A stretch of DNA of 31,420 bases, from positions 1 to 31,420 of the forward strand of contig CAWUFA030000002.1 of the NCBI GenBank assembly GCA_963921275.4, given 5' to 3'. The DNA comes from an uncultured Hormoscilla sp. (lineage in GTDB: Bacteria; Cyanobacteriota; Cyanobacteriia; Cyanobacteriales; Desertifilaceae). Below, in pieces: positions 1-10,888 of this stretch. The notes under the pieces are model-generated. The model worked only from the letters and a program-made list of their open reading frames with translations, ran no database searches and was not told where the DNA came from. Position 1 is the first letter of the stretch. Every line of letters begins with the position of its first letter. A program made the translations under genes and the position numbers.

Positions 1-126
1 TAATCATAAAAAAAGAAAAAAAATAAGAAAAAAAATTGTATAAAAATTTTCCTCACAAAAAATAATTTGAAATAAAAAAAAAAAAAGAATAAAAAAAAAA
101 AAATCTAATGAAAAAAAAAAAATCAT
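1..126 (-). CDS. nad6: NADH dehydrogenase subunit 6, 5' part (cut by window start)
   Basis: Same sequence as 14994-15119; ATG at 126. Confidence 0.85.
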
Positions 127-127
127 A

Positions 128-198
128 TAAGAGGTATCATTATTATAATAATTTCTGTTAAACCGAAAATAACTATTTTAAATATAAAATAAACTCTT
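128..198 (-). tRNA. trnR: tRNA-Arg(UCG)
   Basis: Acceptor AAGAGTT/ACCTCTT; anticodon arm GTTAT-TTTCGGT-TTAAC. Confidence 0.8.
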
Positions 199-200
199 AA

Positions 201-263
201 TATCGACTTAATTTCTTACTTTAGACAAAAATATGAATTATTATAAATATATTCTATATCGAT
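201..263 (-). tRNA. trnD: tRNA-Asp(GUC), apparently lacking T arm
   Basis: Acceptor ATCGATA/AGTCGAT; D stem GAAT/ATTC; anticodon arm TATTT-TTGTCTA-AAGTA. Confidence 0.85.
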
Positions 264-320
264 AGAAAAATAATTTTTCTTAATTATCACAAAATTAAAT
301 TTTACATAAACTACTAAAAA
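264..320 (-). tRNA. trnH: tRNA-His(GUG), 3' acceptor strand truncated by trnD
   Basis: 5' TTTTTAG-TA-GTTT; anticodon arm TAATT-TTGTGAT-AATTA; only CT of the 3' acceptor strand precedes trnD. Confidence 0.8.
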
Positions 321-388
321 TAAAGGTGATTATTATATCACATATTTAGTTTTATCAAAACAATTCGTTTATAATCCGACACTTTAAA
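321..388 (-). tRNA. trnI: tRNA-Ile(GAU), 3' truncated by trnH
   Basis: 5' TTTAAAG-TG-TCG; anticodon arm TTGTT-TTGATAA-AACTA; T arm GTGAT/ATCAC. Confidence 0.85.
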
Positions 389-447
389 AATCACTTTTTG
401 AAGATTTTTAATTTGGAAAATTAAAGTATTTTTTATACTACAATTAA
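389..447 (-). tRNA. trnG: tRNA-Gly(UCC), 3' truncated by trnI
   Basis: D stem GTAT/ATAC; perfect anticodon arm TTAAT-TTTCCAA-ATTAA. Confidence 0.88.
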
Positions 448-1514
448 AAAATAAATAAAATAAAATCCTTTCGTACTATTATTTTATATTTATCAAAGAA
501 AAAAAACCAAACTAAATTACTCCGTTCTAAACCCAACTCACGTAAAATTTTAAATGAGGAACAATCATTATTATTTTAAATACTGCCCCAAAAAAATATT
601 TTGAGCCGACATCGAGGTCGTAAATAAATAAATTAATATGTTCTCTTTTTATTTATTGCGCTGTTATCCCTAGGGTTAATTTATTTTCTTTTTAAAGGTT
701 TAAAATTAGTATTTATATTAATAAAAAAAAAAATAATTGTTTATTTTTTAACTATCACTGCCCCAGTCAAGTTTTTTAAAAAAATTTTTTTTAATAAACC
801 TAAATTACCAAGGGTCTTTTCTTTCTTTTAAAAAGTAATAGCTTATTTAACTATTAAAGTATTTTCATTTTTAAAAAATAAAAAAAAAAAAATATTTTTC
901 ATAAATATATTCTTTTAAAAATATACCATATGTAAAAAAAAAATTAATCTTTTCTTAAAATACTTTAAAATAAAAATCTATAAAGTAAGTGTTTAGTAAA
1001 CTTTTAAATTTTTTTTCTAGTCATTTATTTTTTTTTTATTCATAATGTGATATATTTAAAATATTAATATTAGTGCAAAAAATTACTCATATATACCATT
1101 TTTTTAATATTTATTAATAAGTAATAATATATAAAAAAAATAAAAAAAAGTTTTTATACTTCAAAAACACTTTAAATAAAAAGTTTATATTATATTTTGT
1201 AAATTTTCCATAAAATCTTATTAAATTAAAAGCTGACCCTTTAAAATATAATAAAAAATTTTTATTTAATATATTTCAATATTAAATATATATTTAAACT
1301 CTTGTTTAACATATAATCACTTCTTTTTTTTTTATTTTTTTAATCCAAAATAGTACATAAAAAAGAAAATCGAGTATTTTCGATAAAAAAAATTTTTTTT
1401 TAATTTTTTTGTATATCCATTTCCAAAAAGGAAAATTTAATATAATGATTAAAAAATAAAAGATTCACATCTTTTTATTTATTAAAATAAGATTTTTTAT
1501 TATAAAAATTTTTT
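448..1514 (-). rRNA. rrnL: Large subunit (16S-like) mitochondrial rRNA; ends inferred from flanking tRNAs
   Basis: Reverse complements of conserved LSU motifs: CCTTTCGTACT (sarcin-ricin loop), CTCCGTTCTAAACCCAACTCACGT, CCGACATCGAGGTCGTAAA, CGCTGTTATCCCTAGGGT. Confidence 0.93.
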
Positions 1515-1577
1515 AAATAATTTTAATTTTTTTGTTAGAAAAACAAACGTTTTATTAATATTATAAACTAAATTATT
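1515..1577 (-). tRNA. trnE: tRNA-Glu(UUC), apparently lacking T arm
   Basis: Acceptor AATAATT/AATTATT; anticodon arm TTTGT-TTTTCTA-ACAAA. Confidence 0.8.
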
Positions 1578-1587
1578 TTTAAAAAAA

Positions 1588-2078
1588 TTAAAAATATTAA
1601 AAATATTAAAAATATTAAAAATATTAAAAATATTAAAAATATTAAAAAAAATTAAAAATATTAAAAAAAATTAAAAATATTAAAAAAAATTAAAAATATT
1701 AAAAAAAATTAAAAATATTAAAAAAAATTAAAAATATTAAAAAAAATTAAAAATATTAAAAAAAATTAAAAATATTAAAAAAAATTAAAAATATTAAAAA
1801 AAATTAAAAATATTAAAAAAAATTAAAAATATTAAAAAAAATTAAAAATATTAAAAAAAATTAAAAATATTAAAAAAAATTAAAAATATTAAAAAAAATT
1901 AAAAATATTAAAAAAAATTAAAAATATTAAAAAAAATTAAAAATATTAAAAAAAATTAAAAATATTAAAAAAAATTAAAAATATTAAAAAAAATTAAAAA
2001 TATTAAAAAAAATTAAAAATATTAAAAAAAATTAAAAATATTAAAAAAAATTAAAAATATTAAAAAAAATTAAAAATA
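1588..2078. repeat. G/C-free tandem array: 6 x TTAAAAATA then 23 x TTAAAAAAAATTAAAAATA
   Basis: Counted directly; the 19-mers span 1642-2078 (437 bp). Confidence 0.95.
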
Positions 2079-3708
2079 TTAAAAAAGATAGAAAAAAAAT
2101 TTTTTTTAATCTTACGTAATATACTAAACTCTTTCTAGAAAATAAAAAAACACTTAATAATTTTTCTAATCAAAAAAATTCATACGTTAAATAAAAGTTA
2201 CTCAAAAATAATATCCAAAAACTAATATTTCGATGAAAAATAGGATTGTAAAAAAATATATAAAACCTCATAAAAAAATTATAAAAAAAAAAAATAAAAA
2301 AAAAAAAAATTCCTAAAAGCAAGATAATTAATGGAATTATTTTTAGTATAACTAAAAACTCTTCTATTATAAAAAAAAAACTAAGTATAAATATTCTTAA
2401 AAAAATAGATCTAAAAGATAATGAAATTAATCAAGAAATATTTAATCTTATTTTTTCTAAATACAAAATTTTAAAATTTTTTATTTTATTTTTTAATCTT
2501 AAATTTCTTAAATAAATCAAACGAAAAGAATAAGATACCGTAAAAATAGATCTTATAAAAAAAATTATAATAATTGTTGAATTTAATAAATTGCCTCATA
2601 AATTTTCTAAAATTAAATCTTTAGAGTAAAATCCAGAAAAAAATGGTATTCTCATTAAGGAAAAAGATGCAATCACAAAACAAATATTAGATATATTTCT
2701 CCCAATTATTCTTACTAAATTTTCTACATCTTGATTATTATTTGATCTATGAATATATAGTCTAGATGTTATAAACAAAAGACTTTTAAAAAAAGAATGT
2801 ATTCTTAATAAAAAAAAACAAACTTTAGATCTAAGAATTCTGCAAGTTAAAATTATAAAACCTAATTGACTTGTAGTACTAAAAGCAATGATTTTTTTCA
2901 CATCAGATTGTCTAATGCTACAAATACCTCTAAATAATATAGTTATTCTTCTTAAAAATCTAATTAAATTTAAATTAAGAAATCTAAAACAATTTACTAA
3001 TCGAATAAACAAAAAAACTCTAGCTACTACTATAGTTGAAGAATGTAATAAAGAAGATACTGGAGTAGGTCTTTCTATAGCATTAGGTAATCAGGGATGA
3101 AAAAAAAACTGCGAAGACTTAGCAATAATACAAATAATTAAAAAAAAACTAAAAAAATTATTATGTATAAAATCTAAATTTTTAGTAATTTCTAAACAAT
3201 ATCTTGAAAAAATAAATATTAAACATAAATAAAATCTAAAATCTCCTAATCGATTGTAAATAACAGCTTGAATAGCGGATTGAGTTGCTTCAGAACGTCC
3301 AGTTCATCAGCAGATTAATAAAAAAGATATAATTCTTACTCTTTCTCACCTAATTAAAATGAAAAAAAAAGAATTAGATATAATTAATATGAATATAAAG
3401 TAAATAAATAAAAATAAATAAATTAAAAAAATAAATTTCCTTGGTTCGTACATAAAATATCAAATGCTATATCATATAATAAAAATTCTTACTGTTAATA
3501 AAATTAATATAAAAAAGTTAGAAAAAAAATCTAATTTAAAAGATATTAATATTTTGTTTATTTTTCTAAAAAAAAAAACTCCATCTTTAAAAGAAAAAAA
3601 AGAAACAATAAAAAAAAAGAAAAATAATTTAAATAAATTAAAAGAAAAATTATTTTTAATTAAGAAGAAAAAACAAATAAAACAAAAAAAAAACAAAAAA
3701 AAAAACAT
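2041..3708 (-). CDS. nad5: NADH dehydrogenase subunit 5 (555 aa, table 13)
   Basis: ATG 3708; motifs PTPVSSLLHSST, DVKKIIAFSTTSQLG, PFFSGFYSKD; frame read to TAA at 2043-2041 inside the tandem array. Confidence 0.93.
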
Positions 3709-3773
3709 ATTTAAGACTTTTATTTTGTGTTTTTAATTCCTAAAATTAATAGATTTTATTATCATACTTAAAT
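3709..3773 (-). tRNA. trnL1: tRNA-Leu(UAG)
   Basis: Acceptor ATTTAAG/CTTAAAT; anticodon arm TTAAT-TTTAGGA-ATTAA. Confidence 0.88.
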
Positions 3774-3837
3774 AGATTTCTTCAAACTTTTTACGTAACA
3801 AAAACGCACGTTTTATAAAAATATAAACTACTAAAAA
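3774..3837 (-). tRNA. trnQ: tRNA-Gln(UUG), 3' truncated by trnL1
   Basis: 5' TTTTTAG-TA-GTTT..AAAC; anticodon arm TGCGT-TTTTGTT-ACGTA; T arm GTTT/AAAT; only CT before trnL1. Confidence 0.8.
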
Positions 3838-3910
3838 AAAAAATTAATAAAAAAAAAAAAAAAAATATACATAAAAAAAAAAAAACAAATCTTAAATTTA
3901 TATGAGGCAA
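3838..3910 (-). CDS. atp8: ATP synthase F0 subunit 8 (about 24 aa, incomplete T stop)
   Basis: TTG CCT CAT ATA AAT = MPHMN, resembling the MPQL N-terminus, then a hydrophobic stretch; in-frame T at 3838 abuts trnQ (ATA at 3913 is an alternative start; readthrough TAA at 3791). Confidence 0.7.
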
Positions 3911-3927
3911 TATTATAAAATTATAGT

Positions 3928-4710
3928 TTAAACATAACTTCTTCATCAATATATTGATACATATAAAAAAATTCAAACTACATCAACAAAATGTCAATAT
4001 CAAATTGAACACTCTAATCTAACGTGTTGATTAGAGTTAAAATGTCTAAAAAGTATACGAAATAAAGAAACTAATAAAAAAATAGATCTAACTAAAACAT
4101 GAAATCTGTGAAATCTAGTAGTTATAAAAAATACAGACCTATAAACTGAATCAGAAATATTAAAAAAACTATCAACATATTCTACATATTGTAATATAGT
4201 AAAAAAAATACCTAAAATAATAGTAAAAAAAAGTCTGATTAATCTATTTATTAAATTTCTTTTAAAAATACTATAATGAGATAATGTAACTGTAATTCTT
4301 GAGCTTAATAATACCACAGTATTTAATAAAGGTACTCTATACGGTTTTAACACTTCAATTCTAATAGGAGGTCATATTAAAAACAAATTCACACTAACTC
4401 TTAAACTAGAATGAAAAAAAGCTCAAAAAAATCTAAAAAAAAAAAGAACTTCTGAAGAAATAAACAAAATCATTCCGATTAATAAATTTTTTTGAACAAA
4501 ATTAGTATGAAATCTTAATAAAGAAGATTCTCGGATTACATCTCGCCATCATATAATTCTTACAATTATTATAAAAAAAAAAAAGAATATAAAAAGCCTT
4601 TTTTTCTGAAAAAGAAAAAAGAAATTAGATATTAAAAAAAATATTCTAGAAGAACTTAGTAAAGGTCAAGGAGAATTATCGACTAAATGAAAGGGGGTAA
4701 TACGTCGCAC
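3928..4710 (-). CDS. cox3: Cytochrome c oxidase subunit III (260 aa)
   Basis: GTG start [49 protein letters not shown] at 3930-3928. Confidence 0.96.
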
Positions 4711-4755
4711 AAAAGCCTTATCAATAACTTTTAGTTTCAAACTAAATATTTTTAT

Positions 4756-4770
<15 letters not shown>
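4711..4770 (-). tRNA. trnS2: tRNA-Ser(UGA)
   Basis: Acceptor AAAAGTT/GGCTTTT; anticodon arm TTTAG-TTTGAAA-CTAAA. Confidence 0.82.
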
Positions 4771-6303
<1,533 letters not shown>

Positions 6304-6306
6304 TTA

Positions 6307-6672
6307 TTAAAAAACTTTACTAAATATTTCGTATAATAATCTAAATATTAAAAATATTAAAAAAATAGAAAAACTAATTATAGATATTCTGTAAAAAAAA
6401 AATACATAAATATAAGGTATCAATAAAACAATTTCTATATCAAAAAGTATAAAAGATAGTGCTACAATGAAAAATAATAAAGAATAAAAATTTTTAGAAC
6501 TGTTTATTTCAGTATATCTACATTCATAAACAAGGTATGTTTTTTTTTTAGTAAAGGAAAGATTTCTTTTATAAATAAAAAATCTTATTTTAAAGAAAAA
6601 AAAAGAAAAAAAAACTGTAAAAAAAAAAAAAAATCTAATATTAAAACTAAAAAAAAAAAAAAAAAAAAACAT
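6307..6672 (-). CDS. nad3: NADH dehydrogenase subunit 3
   Basis: YECG and FILFDMEI-type motifs; ATG to TAA. Confidence 0.92.
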   Translation of the reverse strand: MFFFFFFFSFNIRFFFFFTVFFSFFFFKIRFFIYKRNLSFTKKKTYLVYECRYTEINSSKNFYSLLFFIVALSFILFDIEIVLLIPYIYVFFFYRISIISFSIFLIFLIFRLLYEIFSKVF

Positions 6673-6674
6673 TA

Positions 6675-7352
6675 CTAAATCAAAGCTTTAATATAATTAT
6701 TTCATTTAATAAACTCTACATGAATAGGTATAAAACTATGATTAATTCTACAAATTTCACTACATTGACCATATAAAGACCTAGGTATTGTAGAAAACAT
6801 GTTTAAAGTATTCAATCGCCTAGGAACAGCATCTACTTTTAAGCATATTATTGGAAGACTTCAAGAATGTAACACATCTGAAGAAGTAATAATTATTCGA
6901 ATTTTTGATATATAGGGTAAGATTAAAGAATTATCCACTTCCATTAAACGATAATTCCTTTTATTTAAATTTTCCAATCTAATTATATAAGAATCAAATT
7001 GTAAATTAAAATCAAAATCATTATTTTCATAAGACCAATATCATTGATGCCTAATTCTTTTATAAGTTAGATCTCTTTTAGATTCCCTTTCTAAATAATA
7101 TATTATTAAAAAAGAAGGTAATCTTAATGACAATAAAAAAAATATAGGTATAATAGTTCAAGATATTTCTAAAAAATTAGATCTAATAATTTCTTTTATT
7201 GTATAATTTATACGATTAATGCTTATAAAAAGCATAAAACAAACAAAAAAAAAAATAGTAATAATTAAAATCAAACAAAAATCATGAAATAAAATTATGC
7301 AATTAGAAATTATATTAGATCTATCTATTAATCTTAAACGACCATAAAACAT
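6675..7352 (-). CDS. cox2: Cytochrome c oxidase subunit II (225 aa)
   Basis: GHQWYWSYE, DVLHSW, DAVPGRLN and CuA motif YGQCSEICGINHSFMP; ATG to TAG. Confidence 0.97.
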
Positions 7353-7419
7353 ACTAAAAGGGTCTTATTATCCATTTTTTTAATGTAAATAAAAAATATT
7401 ATCTATATAATACTTTTAG
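7353..7419 (-). tRNA. trnV: tRNA-Val(UAC)
   Basis: Acceptor CTAAAAG/CTTTTAG; anticodon arm TTTTA-TTTACAT-TAAAA. Confidence 0.87.
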
Positions 7420-7474
7420 TAGAGGTTAAACCTAAAAAATTTTTTGCAAAAACTTTTATAATCTAATCTACTAA
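7415..7474 (-). tRNA. trnC: tRNA-Cys(GCA), D arm replaced by loop; overlaps trnL2 and trnV
   Basis: Acceptor TTAGTAG/CTACTAA; anticodon arm AGTTT-TTGCAAA-AAATT; T arm AGGT/ACCT. Confidence 0.78.
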
Positions 7475-7533
7475 AGGAATTATAACTCATTGTAAAATCT
7501 TAGATTTTATGCATATATTTCTGCCACCTTAGT
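7469..7533 (-). tRNA. trnL2: tRNA-Leu(UAA)
   Basis: Acceptor ACTAAGG/CTTTAGT; TGGCAGA D region; anticodon arm TAAAA-TCTAAGA-TTTTA. Confidence 0.88.
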
Positions 7534-7534
7534 T

Positions 7535-7593
7535 TTGCAATTTAATTTTTTAAGTAATAAACTTAATGGTTTAATTACATAACCTAAAATGCA
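7535..7593 (-). tRNA. trnM2: tRNA-Met(UAU), tunicate extra Met tRNA, apparently lacking T arm
   Basis: Acceptor TGCATTT/AATTGCA; D stem GGTT/AACC; anticodon arm TTAAG-TTTATTA-CTTAA. Confidence 0.83.
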
Positions 7594-8926
7594 ATATAAT
7601 CGTATCTAAAAAAAAAGTCATTAATAAAAAAAAAAACAAAAATAAATAAAAAATAAAAAAATCTATTTTAGTTTCTTTAAAAATCTTACACATTATTTTA
7701 GATTGAGAAAATAATCTCAGCATATTAAACAAATAGATTGCATTAAAAACAAATCCTATAAAAATTACAATTATAAAAAAAAAAAAATTTTTTGAAATTC
7801 TAATCATAATAAATATTTCTGAAAAAAAATTAATAGTAGGAGGTATCCTTATATTAAATAAACAAAAAATAAGTATATAAAAAAATAAAAACTTATTATT
7901 ATTAATAAAACTTTTTATACCAACCAAATTCCGAGTGTTATAGATTTTACTAAGTAAAAAAACTATAAAAAATATAGAAGGAGATACTAATCTATGTCTT
8001 AAATATATAAAATACCTACCTTTAAAACTTATGTATAACCTAGAAATAGATCTAACAAAAGCTAAACTCATATGACTTACTGAACTAAAAGCAATAATTA
8101 CCTTAGAATCTAATATACGTAAACAAATAAAAGAAGTAAAAAAATATCTAAAAGATCCTAAAAAAAAAAATAAAAAAGATAATAAATAAGAAAAAGAATA
8201 ATTAATAAAAAAAATACTACGTATCACTCCATATCTTCTTAATTTTAATAAAACTCTTGCTAAAATTATAGATCTTCTAATAGGAGCATCTACATGGGCT
8301 TTGGGTAATCATATATGAAGCCTATAAATCGGAAGTTTTCTTAATAATCTTAATATTATCCTCAAAATAATATATAAATGAATTTTTTTCTGATAGTGTT
8401 TTAATAATGTATAATATATTAATCTTTCTCCATTTTTTATGAAATAAATTACAACTAAAAAAAGAGGTACACTTAAAATAATTGTAAAAAAAAAAAAATA
8501 ATATAAAGAAAAAATTCGTTCTTTATAATCTCTAAAAAATTTTACTAAAAAAAAGATAGGTAGTAACGATAATTCAAAAATAATAAAAAAAAAAAAAAAA
8601 TTAGAAGTAATAAAAAAAAAAATAAGAATAAAAAAAATTAAAACCATAGAGAAAGAAATAATAAAAAAATCTATATTGATTAATAATAATATAGATAGAA
8701 AACTTAAAATTACTACAAAAACAGATAATCAAACTAGTACTGATGAAATATTATCTACATATATAAATCTATAATGAAAAGATCTTATGATTTCTCTTGT
8801 TTTTAAAAACAATTTAAAAAAAAAAATCACAAAAAAAAACATATAAAAAATAATTCAAAATTTTTGTTTTTTTTTTTTTATCATAATACTTATTATTAAA
8901 AAACTAAACAATAAATGCAGTAACAT
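7594..8926 (-). CDS. nad4: NADH dehydrogenase subunit 4 (444 aa plus incomplete T stop)
   Basis: ATG 8926; WLPKAHVDAP, DSKVIIAFSSVSHM, PPTINFFSE; in-frame T at 7594 abuts trnM(UAU) (readthrough TAA at 7571). Confidence 0.93.
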
Positions 8927-8995
8927 AGTTAATACTTAATTATAAATGTATCTAAAACTACCAAAGTTTTTATTTTGATAATAAACTAATTAACT
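8927..8995 (-). tRNA. trnP: tRNA-Pro(UGG)
   Basis: Acceptor AGTTAAT/ATTAACT; anticodon arm AAAAC-TTTGGTA-GTTTT. Confidence 0.88.
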
Positions 8996-9599
8996 AAGAT
9001 CCTTCAATTGTGTATAAATTAAGAAGCATTGAGAAAACATAAGATTGAATAGCTGCTACACACATTTCTAAAAAAATCAATATTAATAATAATGGTAAAA
9101 GAAAAAATCTAAATAATCTTAAATTAAAAAATCTTAAAGATATAAGATGTATAAGCAAGTGTCTAGCTGTAATATTAGCTATTAATCGGATTCTTAAAGA
9201 AATTGGTCGAGTAAAGTTGCTAATAGTTTCAATAATAATTAATAAAAAAATTAAAAGAAAAGGAGTTCTTGTAGGTAAAAAATGAGAAATATTCTTATTT
9301 AAATTTTTAAAAAATAAAAAAAAAAAAATTGAAGATCAAAGCATTCAACTTAAGAAAAAAGTAGATTGAATGGAAGAAAATCTAAATCTATAGGGAATAA
9401 GGGAAAAAAAATTCAAGAATATAATAAAAAGAGGAATAAGTAATATAATTTGAAAATTAAAAAAATTTTTTGAATAAATATAAATTAATATTTTTTTTAA
9501 AAAAACTTTTTTATTAAGAAAAAATACTAAAAAAAAAAAAAAGATTAATAAAAATAAAAAAGAAAAAGGGAAGTAAGTAAATTCAAAATTAATAAACAA
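8994..9599 (-). CDS. atp6: ATP synthase F0 subunit 6 (201 aa)
   Basis: TTG start; HFLPTGTP, RPISLGIRLMANITAGHLL, EMCVAAIQSYVF; TAG (or incomplete T before trnP). Confidence 0.93.
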
Positions 9600-9656
9600 T
9601 AAAACCCAAAAACTTTACTATGCAAAAGTAATATTTTAATATTAAAATAAGGTTTT
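9600..9656 (-). tRNA. trnA: tRNA-Ala(UGC), lacking T arm
   Basis: Acceptor AAAACCT/GGGTTTT; anticodon arm TTACT-TTTGCAT-AGTAA; 7-nt loop in place of variable and T arms. Confidence 0.85.
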
Positions 9657-9780
9657 AAGTATTTATTGAATTATAAATGATAAAAATTTTAATAAAATAT
9701 ATATTTATATAGATTTTTAATAATAAATTATTTAAAAATAAATTTAATAAAGAAAGGATGTGTTAAAAAAAAAGGAAATA

Positions 9781-10746
<966 letters not shown>

Positions 10747-10819
10747 GTATATATTAAATTAATAAGATAATTTAAATAACATTATTAACTATCATTTTAT
10801 TTTTTTAATTAAATTATAT

Positions 10820-10888
10820 TGTAAAAAAAATTAAAAAATTTATCTATTTTTTTTCAAAAAATTATTTTTATATTTATACTATTTTTAC
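10820..10888 (-). tRNA. trnF: tRNA-Phe(GAA)
   Basis: Acceptor GTAAAAA/TTTTTAC; anticodon arm ATTTT-TTGAAAA-AAAAT. Confidence 0.8.

Noticed and set aside
1414..1434. Possible second tRNA-Pro arm TCCTT-TTTGGAA-ATGGA
   Set aside because: No acceptor or D arm; resembles a conserved rrnL helix; trnP is at 8927-8995
1440..1504. Possible tRNA-His around AAAAGAT-GTGA-ATCTTTT
   Set aside because: Folds better as a GNRA tetraloop hairpin in the rrnL 5' region; a proper trnH arm is at 264-320
1588..2078. Array as CRISPR or mobile element
   Set aside because: No spacers, no cas or transposase genes; simple minisatellite in mtDNA
2888..3736. Plus-strand ORFs 2888-3100 and 3464-3736 (and copies at +14983)
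   Set aside because: Lys/Asn/Ile-rich antisense shadows of nad5; no independent motif
3791..3976. 61-aa ORF as a novel gene
   Set aside because: Composite of an off-frame cox3 tail, atp8 and trnQ
10767..10817. Armless tRNA-Ile-like fold (ATAATTT/AAATTAT, loop ATGATAG)
   Set aside because: Weak all-A/T pairing expected by chance; a convincing trnI is at 321-388
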